64,000 bases of DNA from Mustelus asterias (taxonomy: Eukaryota), in the NCBI RefSeq assembly GCF_964213995.1, contig NC_135820.1, positions 46,128,001 to 46,192,000 of the forward strand, in the 5' to 3' direction. The position numbers and the translations under genes are program-made. Positions 10,496 through 21,873 of this stretch are shown piece by piece. The stretch's first letter is position 1. The number at the start of each line of letters is the position of its first letter. The notes under the pieces are model-generated. The model searched no databases and was not told where the DNA came from. It saw nothing but the letters and a program-made list of their open reading frames with translations.

Positions 10496-11350
10496 TACTA
10501 TGGTTATGACAAGAAATATGAGCATATGAAACAATGTTGGGGTATTTCTTTAAAGTTTACTTTTCATGTCAAATGATTAATCCAGCTCTTACAAAATTTT
10601 CAGTGCATTACAAAGTTAATGCAATAGCACCCATGTATGAGGCAACTTCCTTAATATTTTTTAAAAAGGAAAATAGACAAACCAGATGAATGATATTTCA
10701 TCCTTATTTTGGTGTCACCAAGTTCAATGTTATTCTGACGTCTGACAACTTGCAGAACTGGAGATTTCTTTGCCACATTAGAATGACTTGGAGCTTTGCA
10801 CTCAAAAGTCATGCCAGAATTATAGCACATTATAAGTAACATTTTCTTAATAAGTCTTATGGTGGTGTGAGTTTTTATGGGTTTTTCAGTAAGATAGAAT
10901 AGCACTATATCACCACTGTGATACAGTGATATTCTACAAGCTTCAACAACACATACACTAGCAGGAAAAGAACATAAAATATTCCTGATATGATATTCAT
11001 TTTATGGTTATCAAAGTCCATGTCAGAGAGATATCTACAGTACTTCTAGCTTCAAATAGTTTAACAATCTAATGCTACAATCACTCAGTGATTTGTGGCT
11101 CATTGTGACAAATCTCATTCACTTTTAATGGGACATCTAAATTTATACTTTATAGTGTTCATATCCTCAAGAGTTCTGCATACCCATAATACTGCAAGAT
11201 TCCAAAGCCTACCCCTATTGACAGATCATGAATGGGTTTAGTTAGAATGTTTTTACTTTATTCATTATCAGTGGGTCAAAATTCTGGAACTCTTTGCTTA
11301 ACAGCATTGTAGGAGTACAAAAAAGATTGTGGGATTAAAATGTGCAAGAA

Positions 11351-11545
11351 GAAAGAATGAAACTTGCATTTATATAGTACCTCAGGACGTCCCAAAATGC
11401 TTTATAGCCAAAGATGCATTTTACTGCTGTAAGTTAGGGAAACATGACAGCAATCTGCACACAGCAAGATCCCAGAAACAGAAATAATGACCAGATAAGC
11501 TGTTTATTGATGTTGGTTGAGGGATAAGTATTGGCCAGAACATTG
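11351..11545 (-). mobile_element. DeuSINE (SacSINE1-like) 3' half
   Basis: Reverse complement reads TGGCCAATACTTATCCCTCAACCAACATC...CTTGCTGTGTGCAGATTG...TTTGGGACGTCCTGAGG...TATATAAATGCAAGT. Recognised from memory of the family. Confidence 0.6.
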
Positions 11546-12036
11546 AAAAAAAAACTTCCTATGAAACAATATACTGTGTTCACTGTTCACCATGTGGTTT
11601 CCTCTATACCAGGGAGACCAAATACAGATTGTGTGGAGGCTTGCAGAATACTCCACAAGCAATAGCTCTGAACTCCCTTTGTCCACATTACGACATTCAG
11701 TATGAAGTCCAAGACATAGAAAATTCCTACTGGTGGTGGTCTTATAATACTTGTTTCAGCAAATCTGAGAATTGTTGACTCAAAGATCTGGGTTTTTTTT
11801 TCAGAGATTCATTTCATGATAATGAATAAATAAATAAAGTAAAAACATTCTAACTAAACGCATTCATGATCTGTCAATAAAGTTGGTTTTGGAATCTCGC
11901 AGGGTTATGGGTATACAGAATTCTTGAGGATACGAACACTATAAAGTATAAATTTAGGTATCCCATTAAAAGTGGATGAGATTTGTCACAAAGGACTACA
12001 AATCACTGAATGATTGTCGAATTAGATTGTAAATTG

Positions 12037-12203
12037 TCCAAAAAATGTGCAAGTTAGGTGCATTGGCCATGCAAAATTCTCCCTCAATGTACCCGAACAG
12101 GTGCCAGAGTGTGGCGACTAGGGGATTTTCACAGTAACTTCATTGTAGTGTTAATGTAAGCGTACTTGTGATTAATAAATAAACTTAAACTAAACTTAAA
12201 CTT
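12037..12203 (+). mobile_element. SINE 3' half, variant with ...GTAACTTCATTG..GTAAGC.TACTTGTGA..AATAAATAAAC(TTAAAC)n tail
   Basis: Matches the full copies at 29425-29729 and 32310-32622. Confidence 0.75.
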
Positions 12204-12525
12204 AATTGATGGTCTGCTCTATAAGGCTGCATCCTGAGGGATGGATTGCAGGACTGTAAGAAATCTGGAGTGCAGAATTCTCAATATCCCATGACTGTTC
12301 TAAGCCACAGCAAGACCGACCAACCAATTGTTTTCTTCAGGATTCCAGCCATTGCTGCCCCTGTATATTGCAATTTCCCTTCTGAAACACAACTTAATGC
12401 AGTTTGCAATTACACCAGAGTAGCAGCACAGCAGCAGTTTTAACATGCCTTCAGAAACTCAAAGTGCACATAAAAATCCGCATTTGGAATTTCCACAGGC
12501 AGTCCCACTTACCCACCACATCTTA

Positions 12526-14400
12526 AAGAACATAAGAACATAAGAACTAGGAGAAGGAGTAGGCCATTTGGCCCCTCAAGCCTGCTCCGCCATTCAATAC
12601 GATCATGGCTGAGCTTTTCGTGGTCTCAGCTTCACTTACCCGCCCGCTTACCATAACCCTTAATTCCTTTAACGTTCAAAAATCTATCTATCTATGCCTT
12701 AAAAACATTCAACAAGGCAGCTTCATTGGGCAGGGAATTCCACAGATTCACAACCCTTGGGGTGAAGAAGTTCCTCCTCAACTCAGTCCTTAATCTGCTC
12801 TCCTTATTTTGAGGCTATGCCCCCTAGTTCTGGTTTCACCCGCCAGTGGAAACAGCCTCCCTGCTTCTATCTGATCTAATCCTTTCATAATTGTATATGT
12901 TTCTATAAGATCCCCCCTCATTCTTTTAAATTCCAATGAGTATAATCCCAGTCTATTTAGCCTTTCCTCATAAGCCAACCCTCTGGAATCAAGGTAGTGA
13001 ATTTCCTCTGCACCCGCTCCAGTGCCAGTATATTCTTTCTCAAGTAAGGAGACCAAAACTGTACACGGTACTCCAGGTGTGGCCTCACCAACACCTTATA
13101 CAGCTACAACATAACCTTGCTGTTTTTAAACTCCATCCCTCTATCAATTCCATTGCCTTCTTAATTACCTGCTGCATCTGCAAGCCAACGTTTTGTGATT
13201 CATGCACAAGGACTCCCAGGTCCCTCTGCACAGCAACATGTTGAAAATTTTTAACATTTAAATAATAGTCCATTTTGCTGTTTTTCATACCAAAATGGAT
13301 GAACTCACATTTACCAACATTGTACTCCATCTGCCAGACCCTTGCCCACTCACTCAAACTATTTATATCTCTTTGCAGATGTTCAGTGTCCTCTGCACTT
13401 TGCTCGACCACTCATCTTAGTGTCATCTGCGAACTTTGACACACTACACTTGGTCCCCAGCTCCAAATCATCTAATAAATTATTAACAGTTGCGATCGCA
13501 GCACTGATCCCTGAGACACACCATTAGCCAACAAGAAAAACACCCATTTATCCCCACTCTTTGCTTTCTGTTAGTTAACCAATCCTCTATCCATGCTGAT
13601 ACAGAACTCGTAATGCTGTGCACCTTTATCTTACGCAGCAGCCTTTTGTGCAGCACCTTGTCAAATGCTTCTGGAAATCTAGATACACCACATCCACCAG
13701 TTCCCCGTTGTCCACCGTGCTCGTAATGTCTTCAAAGAATTCCACTAAATTAGTTAAACATGACCTGCCTTTCATGAACTCATGCATCCCCAAAGGGATA
13801 ACTTCTATCCAGATGTCTCGCTATTTCTTCCTTGATGATAGATCCAAGCATTTTCCCCACTACAGAAGCTAAGCTAACCAGCCTATAGTAACCCGCCTTT
13901 TGTCTACCTCCATTTTTAAACAGTGGCGTTACATTTGCTGTTTTCCAATGTGCTGGAACTGCCCCAGAATCCAGCAAATTTTGGTAAATTACCACGAATG
14001 CATTTGCTATTTCCTCCGCCATCTCTTTTAATACCCAGGGATGCATTTGATCAGATGGACTACCTTTAGCCCCATTAGCTTGCCCAATACAACCTCCTTA
14101 AGGATAATGATAGTTTTTAGATCCTCACCTGTCATAGCCTTCTTGTCATCAATTCTTGGCATGTTATTTGTGTCTTCCACTGTGAAGACCGAAATAAAAT
14201 ACTCGTTCAATGTCTTGGCCATTTCCTATTATTAAATCTTCCTTCTCATCCTCTAAAGGACAAATGTTTACCTCAGCCCCTCTTTTTCTATTTACATATT
14301 TGTAGAAACTTTGTAGCAACTTTTGCTATCTGTTTTTATATTCTGAGCTAATTTACTCCTATTATCTATCTTACTTTCCTTTATTTCCTTAGATATCCAT
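12526..14400 (-). mobile_element. Decayed CR1 LINE with (GTTCTTAT)n tail
   Basis: Tail AAGAACATAAGAACATAAGAAC at 12526. Fragmented RT ORFs ([35 protein letters not shown]). Confidence 0.9.
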
Positions 14401-14480
14401 GATTGTTACCATTTTCGAGTTTGAAAAGCAACCATTTACCACAGCTCTTATATGAAAAACAAAATACTACAAATGCTGCA

Positions 14481-15600
14481 AACATAGAACATAGAACATA
14501 GAAAGCCACAGCACAAACAGGCCCTTCGGCCCACAAGTTGCGCCGATCACATCCCCACCTCTAGGCCTATCTATAGCCCTCAATCCCATTAAATCCCATG
14601 TACTCATCCAGAAGTCTCTTAAAAGACCCCAACGAGTTTGCCTCCACCACCACCGACGTCAGCCGATTCCACTCACCCACCACCCTCTGAGTGAAAAACT
14701 TACCCCTGACATCTCCTCTGTACCTACCCCCCAGCACCTTAAACCTGTGTCCTCTCGTAGCAACCATTTCAGCCCTTGGAAATAGCCTCTGGGAGTCTAC
14801 CCTATCCAGACCTCTCAACATCTTGTAAACCTCTATCAGGTCACCTCTCATCCTTCGTCTCTCCAGGGAGAAGAGACCAAGCTCCCTCAACCTATCCTCA
14901 TAAGGCATGCCCCCCAATCCAGGCAACATCCTTGTAAATCTCCTCTGCACCCTTTCAATGGCTTCAACATCTTTCCTGTAATGAGGTGACCAGAACTGCG
15001 CGCAGTACTCCAAGTGGGGTCTAACCAGGGTCCTATAAAGCTGCAGCATTATCTCCCGACTCCTAAACTCAATCCCTCGATTAATGAAGGCCAGTACGCC
15101 GTACGCCTTCTTGACCGCATCCTCCACTTGCGAGGCCGATTTAAGAGTCCTATGGACCCGGACCCCAAGGTCCTTCTGATCCTCTACACTGCTAAGAATG
15201 GTACCCTTCATATTATACTGCTGCTTCATCCCATTGGATCTGCCAAAATGGATCACCACACACTTATCCGGGTTGAAGTCCATCTGCCACTTCTCCGCCC
15301 AGTCTTGCATTCTATCTATGTCTCGCTGCAACTTCTGACATCCCTCCAAACTATCCACAACACCACCTACCTTGGTGTCGTCAGCAAACTTACCAACCCA
15401 TCCCTCCACTTCCTCATCCAGGTCATTTATGAAAATGACAAACAGCAAGGGTCCCAGAACAGATCCCTGGGGCACTCCACTGGTCACTGACCTCCATGCA
15501 GAGAAAGACCCCTCCACAGCCACTCTCTGCCTTCTGCAGGCAAGCCAGTTCTGGATCCACAAGGCAACAGCCCCTTGGATCCCATGCCCTCTCACTTTCT
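14481..15600 (-). mobile_element. Young 5'-truncated CR1 LINE; open RT C-terminal ORF 14567..15595
   Basis: 342-aa uninterrupted ORF with GVPQGSVLGP and KFADD; (GTTCTAT)n tail at 14481-14503. It splits a Penelope-type terminal repeat (14458-14480 / 15601-15691). Confidence 0.93.
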
Positions 15601-15704
15601 CCTGAAACCTGAAATAAAATGAGAAAATGCTGGAAAAAAAGTAGTAAGTCTGACAGCATCTATGCGGAGAGAGAAATAGAGTTAACGTTTCATAGATAGA
15701 CAGA

Positions 15705-17236
15705 TATCATAGAATCTACAATGCAGAAGGAGGCCATTTGGCTCATCAAGCCTGCACCGACAATAATCCCACCCAGATCTTATCCACGTAACCCCACATA
15801 TTTACCCTGCTAGTTCCTCTGACATTAAGGGCCCGATGTTACCATTGTCATTCTAAGTGCCGAATCTGGGTGTAGTACAGATCCGACTTAGAAATCCACT
15901 TTCAGACACCCCCATACGCTCTCAGCCATCTCCAGTCCGATTCACGCTGTGGGCGGGGCTTAGCGCTGCCAGAATGATCGGAGCTCTGAACTGCGCATGC
16001 GCAGTTAGAAAAAAATTGGAAAAAGCACGCCCGTGTCGGTTCGCTCCCGATCTGCAGAAACCAGAGAAAGTGGCCCGGCAGTGACAAGCAGGAGCGAGGG
16101 TGTATCTTGGGGCGGGGGCGGGGGGGGGCAGATGGATCTCTGGTGGGGGGGGGGGCGCAGATGGATCTCTGGTGGGGGGCGCAGGGGTGTCCGCTGCCAC
16201 TCTGCGGGCGATCAGTGGGGGGGAGGGGGGCAGGGGTGGCGATCGGTCTGAGTAGCAGGGGGTGGTGGATAAGGGGGACAGTGATGTATTCACCCCTCCC
16301 CACTACCCAGACCGATCGCCACCCCTGCCCCCTCCCACCCCACCGATTGCCTACAGAGTGGCAGCGGACCCCCCTGCCCCCCCACCAGAGATCCATCTGC
16401 CCCCCCCACCAGAGATCCATCTGCTTCCCCCTCCCCGAGATACATCTTACCCGCCTCCCTCCTCTCCCCTCCAAGACAACGATCTGGCTTACTCCCCACC
16501 CCCCCAGACGATGATCTCGCCTCACTCCCCCCCCCCCCCCCGCCCAGAGAATGGTCTGGCCTCACTCCCCCTCCCCTCCAGAGGAACATCTGACCCGCCT
16601 CCCCCCTCCCAAATAGACAATGATCGGCCCTCTCCGCTCCCCCCCACCCGTCCCTGCCAGAGATACATCTGACCCGCCTCCCTCCTCCCCCCCACCACTG
16701 ATCTGGGCCAGAGAGCCGTTGGAAACACTGAACGCGCTCTTCAGAGGCTGTAGCACCCTCTTTAGACTTTTATTTAGCAGGTCGCTAAGAGCGCGGTTCC
16801 GGATCGGCAAACGCGGTTTGCCGATCCGGAACCGCGCTCTTAGCGACCTGCTAATGCATTTAAATCGTCGTTGTGCCCGATTTGGGCGCGGAACGGATCC
16901 CCGCCATTCGCAGGTCTCGGTAAAGTGGCGATCTGCGCGTTCGCGGGTGCAGATTGCGATAAAGGCCTCACACCCGACTTTACCGCGATTTCGTGCCTGA
17001 AAACGGGTGCAAATTGTTGGTAAAATCGGGCCCTAAGAGGCAATTTACCATGGCCAATCAACTTAACTCACACATCTTTAGCTTGTGGGAGGAAAACAGA
17101 GCACCTAGTGGAAACATACGCCGACACGGAGAGAAAGTACAAACTCCACACAGACTGTGACCCGAGGCCAGAATTGAACCCGGGTCCCTGGCGCTATGAG
17201 GCAGCGGTGTAAAGCACTGTGCCACCATGCTGCCTG
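15705..17236 (-). mobile_element. HE1-like SINE split by a Harbinger-type element (parts 15705-15828 and 17037-17236)
   Basis: SINE sequence ...CTGACATTAA | GAGGCAATTTACCATGGCCAATC... is continuous across the insertion. Confidence 0.85.
15829..17033. mobile_element. Non-autonomous PIF/Harbinger-type element, copy 1 (fold-back centre)
   Basis: TIRs GGGCCCGATGTTACCA / TGGTAAAATCGGGCCC, TAA TSD at 15826-28 and 17034-36. Confidence 0.9.
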
Positions 17237-18534
17237 TTTCGTGTCTGTATGACTCTTTTTTCAACTCTGTTTTCTGATTTTTTATCGACGCTGACACAGA
17301 CCCTCCTATTCCACTAGCCTCAATTTTGTTCATAGGCCTTTTATGTGATATTGTGTTAAATATTTTCTTAAAATCTATCCAGATGATATCTATTGCATTT
17401 CCTTCATCAAATGTTTCTGTTCCTTTATCAAAAAAATCAATTTGATTGGTCAAGCACAACCTGTCCTTGCTGATCTGACTATCCTTAATTAACTCAAACT
17501 TCTCCAAACACCCGTTGACTTTCCCTGATTATGGATTCCAAAACCTTCCCCAGCACTCATTAAGCTGACCTGCCTGTATTGTTTAGGAATGTCCTTACAC
17601 CTGTCTTAAAATCAGAGTGTTATCCTATATTCAGTACCCTCATCCAAGTCATTGACATAGAGGCCGGAATTTTACCAGCACGCCCACCCCGTTTCTGGAG
17701 GTGGGCAAGGCTCGGAGAATAGCATTCCACGTTGGCCTCGGGCGGGATCGTACGAAACTCAGGCGGACGTGCCGGTAAAATTCCGTCCAGATAGCCCGAG
17801 CAATAATTGTTGTGACATACTCTTGCCAGTCCAAAAATGGCTCCTTATCGCTACTCTCTGCTTCCTGTTCACTAACAAATCCTCTCTCAATACTAACATG
17901 TTGACACTTACAACATGAACTGTTAATCTGCACAGTAACATCTGATGTGACACCTTATCAAATGCCTTTTGGAAATCCTCGTACACCACATTTGCAGTAA
18001 TACCATATCTACAGGCTCCTCTTTATCCACATTGCATGTTGCATCCTCAAAGAACTCCAATAAATTGGTGAAACACAATTTCTCTTTCACAAAACCATGT
18101 TTACTCAGCATGAATACATTAAGATTTTCGAAGAGCTCAGCTATAATCTCCTTAATAATAGATTCTAGCATCAATCTCACTTTTTGGAGGCCTGTGGAAT
18201 GCATTAGCAGTGTCATAATACTCTTTTTGCATCTTGACTTGAAACAAATGGATTTTAATGTTGCCCCCTCAAGGATATCCTCTTTCCAACTCCACAACGT
18301 CTTCCCTAATCAGTAAAACTACACCACCTGCCTTTTTCCTTGCCCTATCTTGTCTGAACGTTTCATATCATTGAATATTAGGTGACCAGTCCTCACCATC
18401 TTTAATCCACGTTCCAGTTATTGCCATTGTATTATTATCCCACATGGCGATTTGGGCTCGTATCTTACTCATCTCCTTCTCCATGGTTTGTGCACTTGCA
18501 TGCATGCTTTCAAAACCTGACTTTGTATTCCTTG

Positions 18535-18698
18535 ATGTGGAGATGCCAGTGTTGGACTGGGGTAAGCACAGTAAAAAGTCTCACAACACCAGGTAAAAGT
18601 CCAACAGGTTTATTTGGAATCATGGGCTTTTGGAGCGCTGTTCCTCATGATTCCAAATAAATCTGTTGGACTTTAACCTGGTGTTGTGAGACTTCTTA
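18535..18698. mobile_element. Miniature palindromic Penelope-like element (inverted terminal repeats only)
   Basis: Same terminus as 57041. Inverted arms TCTCACAACACCAGG..CAACAGGTTTATTTGGAATCATG. 12-bp TSD TTG(T/C)ATTCCTTG at 18523-34 and 18699-710. Confidence 0.8.
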
Positions 18699-18886
18699 TT
18701 GCATTCCTTGCAGCTCGTCTTGGTATGGTTCAATCTGATATAGTGCGACTTCCTCCTCTACTAATATTCAACACTTTTATTGTGCATTTTATTCCTCATG
18801 ATGGTGCCCACCATCCTGTCAATTTAGCTTATATCCTCCTCAACTACACTTGTGAACTTCCCCATGAGGGAATTGGTCCCTGTTAT

Positions 18887-19217
18887 TGTGGTGAACCATC
18901 GTTGGTTCCCACCAGGTAGTACTGAGCCAGGGTCTGGCCAGTACTATGAGTCTGTATATATGTTGCTGTTGGGGTTAGGGTTGGGTTGTTCTACTTGTTA
19001 CTGTTGGGGTTAGGGTTGGGCTGTTCTACCTGTATTATAGTTATTATGGTACATCCCAGTCGGGCTCCGCCTCCTGGGAGAGGTATAAAGGTCACTGCTC
19101 TGTCTGGGACCCCTCAGTCTGGGATTGTGTACTATAGATGGTAGCTTCATTGTAATAGTAAATAAAAGCCTTTATTTCCTTGAGCATCTCTAGCCTCGTG
19201 AGTTATATCGCGCATCA
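18887..19217 (+). repeat. Solo LTR of the same Gypsy family as 7060-7356
   Basis: TG..CA ends, perfect 5-bp TSD GTTAT at 18882-86 and 19218-22, TATAAA and AATAAA, internal 35-bp duplication. Confidence 0.93.
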
Positions 19218-20744
19218 GTTATATTTAGGTGCAATTTGCCCTTTTTGAATATGTGCTTCCTGCCCCAGAACTGGTCCCAATGCCCCACGAATCTGAAGCA
19301 TTCCCTCCTGTACCATGCTTCAAGCTATGCACTGATTTTCCTTATCTTCCTATTTCTACACTCACGAGCGTGTGGCACTGGAAACAATTCTAGAAATTAC
19401 TACCTTCTCTCGGAGCCTTTAGAATTTTTGTCCACAGAGCAGTAAAGGCTGGGTCATTGTCTAACTCAGCCTTGAATATATTCAGATATTTAACTAACAA
19501 GGAAGTCAAGGGTTATGGGGAGTGGGCAGAAAGGTGGTGTATAGGCTACAATTAGATCAGCCACAATTTCATTGACTGGGAGAAGCAAGCTTGATGGGCC
19601 GAATGGCCTATACTTGCTCCTATTAATAAGGTCCTACTTTTTATGTTCCTCCCAGGATCCTGAAAATCTATCAATATTTGTCTTTTCTATTGGTACTGAC
19701 ATGTATCACAACCTCTGACTTACTCTCCTACCCCTGCAGAATTTTCTTCACCCTCTCTATGATGTCTTTAACTCTGGCACCAGGGATGCAACGTGCCATG
19801 TGAGATTCATAATGGTGGTCACAGAAATGTCTGTCTGTTCCCCTAACTATAGAATCTCGTGAGAGAACTGAATGTCTATTCTTTGGTGTTCCCTCCTGTG
19901 CAGTCCTGTGCAGTCACTCCCCAATTGGTGACTGCAGTCCTTCAAAGTGTTATCACTCCCAGCATATTTAATACTGTGTACCTGTTTGAGAGTGGTATAT
20001 ATCCTGCAGATACCTGCACATCTTACCCCTTTCTAATTTTACAGATGACCACCCATCTACTATCCTGAATACTTCCAGAGTGTGTGGGGTGGCCACCTCC
20101 TGGAACATACACTGCAGGAAACTCATCATCCTTGATGCTCCCCAAGTTGAAAAATCCAGAGCTTGCATCCTAGTGGCTGGAGACACTTCCTACACCTGTG
20201 GTCCTTCAAGTCACATGGGGCGGACCTTTTCTGTCCCACCCACTACGGGAATCATAGCGGGCGGAACACGGACCATGCAAAGGTCCCCGTTGACCTCGAG
20301 CAGGATTTACTAGCCTTGCGGTGAGTGTGGCCGGAAAATCCTGCCCACAAAGTGTCTTGATGCTCCCATATGAAACAGCAACAAGTCTCAGATGCCCATC
20401 CACGATTTAAAGCAAATGGCCTCTATTGCCTCTTTTAGAATCTAGTTATTGCCTTATTTAAATTATCCATTTTAATTAATGCCGCTAGACCTGATCAGTG
20501 TTAGTATTTTTATTAATTCAATTCCTGTTATACATACATTGATGGATTTTTTCAATTTCCTGGCTTCAATTTGAATGAATGCCCGAGTTAGAGAGCAAGG
20601 AGAAACACTCACACGCTGGTTAGATGCATTGGCCATGCTAAATTCTCCCTAGGTGTACCTGAACAGGCACCGGAGTGCAGCAACTAGGGGATTTTCATAG
20701 TAACTTCATTGCAATATTAACGTAAGCCTACTTGTGACAAATTT

Positions 20745-21873
20745 GTTTGGGGTAGGGTGCTAGCGTGGATTGGGGATTGGCTATCCGACAGGAAGCAGAG
20801 AGTCGGAATAAATGGGTGCTTTTCTGGTTGGCAGATCGTAACTAGTGGCGTGCTGCAGGGATCGGTACTGGGGCCTCAACTATTTACCATTTATATAGAC
20901 GATCTGGAGGAGGGGACTGAGTGTAGGGTAACAAAGTTTGCAGACGACACAAAGATAAGTGGAAAAGTGAATCGTGTGGAGGGCGTAGAAGGTTTGCAGA
21001 GAGATTTGGACAGGCTGAGTGCGTGGACGAGGATCTGGCAGATGGAGTATAACGTTGACAAATGCGAGGTTATTCACTTTGGAAGAAAGAATAGCAAATT
21101 GGATTATTATCTAAATGGAAAAAAATTACAACATGCTACTGTGCAAAGGGACCTGGGGGTCCTTGTGCAGGAGACGCAAAAACCCAGTCTGCAGGTGCAA
21201 CAGGTGATCAAGAAGGCAAATGGGATGTTGGCCTATATCGCAAGGGGGATAGAATATAAAAGCAGAGATGTCTTGCTGCATCTGTACAGGGCATTGGTGA
21301 GGCTGCAGCTGGAATACTGTGTGCAGTATTGGTCCCCTTATTTGCGGAAGGATATATTGGCCTTGGAGGGAGTGCAGAGAAGGTTCACCAGGTTGATACC
21401 AGAGATAAGGGGTGTTGATTATGAGGAGGGACTGAGCAGATTGGGTTTGTACTCGTTGGAATTTAGAAGGCTGAGGGGGGATCTTATAGAGACCTATAAG
21501 ATAATGAAGGGGCTGGATCGGGTAGAGGTGGAGAGATTCTTTCCACTTAGAAAGGAAGCTAGAACTAGAGGGCACAGCCTCAAAATAAAGTGGGGTCAGT
21601 TTAGGACAGAGTTGAGGAGGAACTTCTTCTCTCAGAGGGTGGTGAATCTCTGGAATTCTCTGCCCACTGAAGTGGTGGAGGCTACCTCGTTGAATATGTT
21701 TAAATCACGGATAGATGGATTCCTGATCGGTAAGGGAATTAGGGGTTATAGGGATCAGGCGGGTAAGTGGAACTGATCCACTTCAGATCAGCCATGATCT
21801 TATTGAATGGCAGGGCAGGCTCGAGGGGCTAGATGGCCTACTCCTGCTCCTATTTCTTATGTTCTTATGTTCT
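20745..21873 (+). mobile_element. Young 5'-truncated CR1 LINE; open ORF 20757..21776; inserted in a SINE tail
   Basis: 339-aa RT C-terminal ORF (KFADD) and (GTTCTTAT)n tail. Flanked by SINE pieces 20615-20740 and 21874-21896. Confidence 0.92.

Larger units (their letters stand above)
17240..20200 (-). mobile_element. Old fragmented CR1 including ORF1 (SGNH esterase-like) and ORF2 pieces; host to several later insertions
   Basis: Minus strand across the solo LTR reads RECFRFVGHWDQFWGRKHIFKKGKLHLN|..GTNSLMGKF (ORF1 esterase). RT pieces HGFVKEKLCFTNLLEFFE and DFQKAFDKV. Confidence 0.75.

Noticed and set aside
15857-17061. Pro/Gly-rich ORFs of 70-200 aa (also at 41667-43304, 33163-33932, 60385-61427)
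   Set aside because: Arise from G/C-run low complexity within non-autonomous transposons; no domain motifs.
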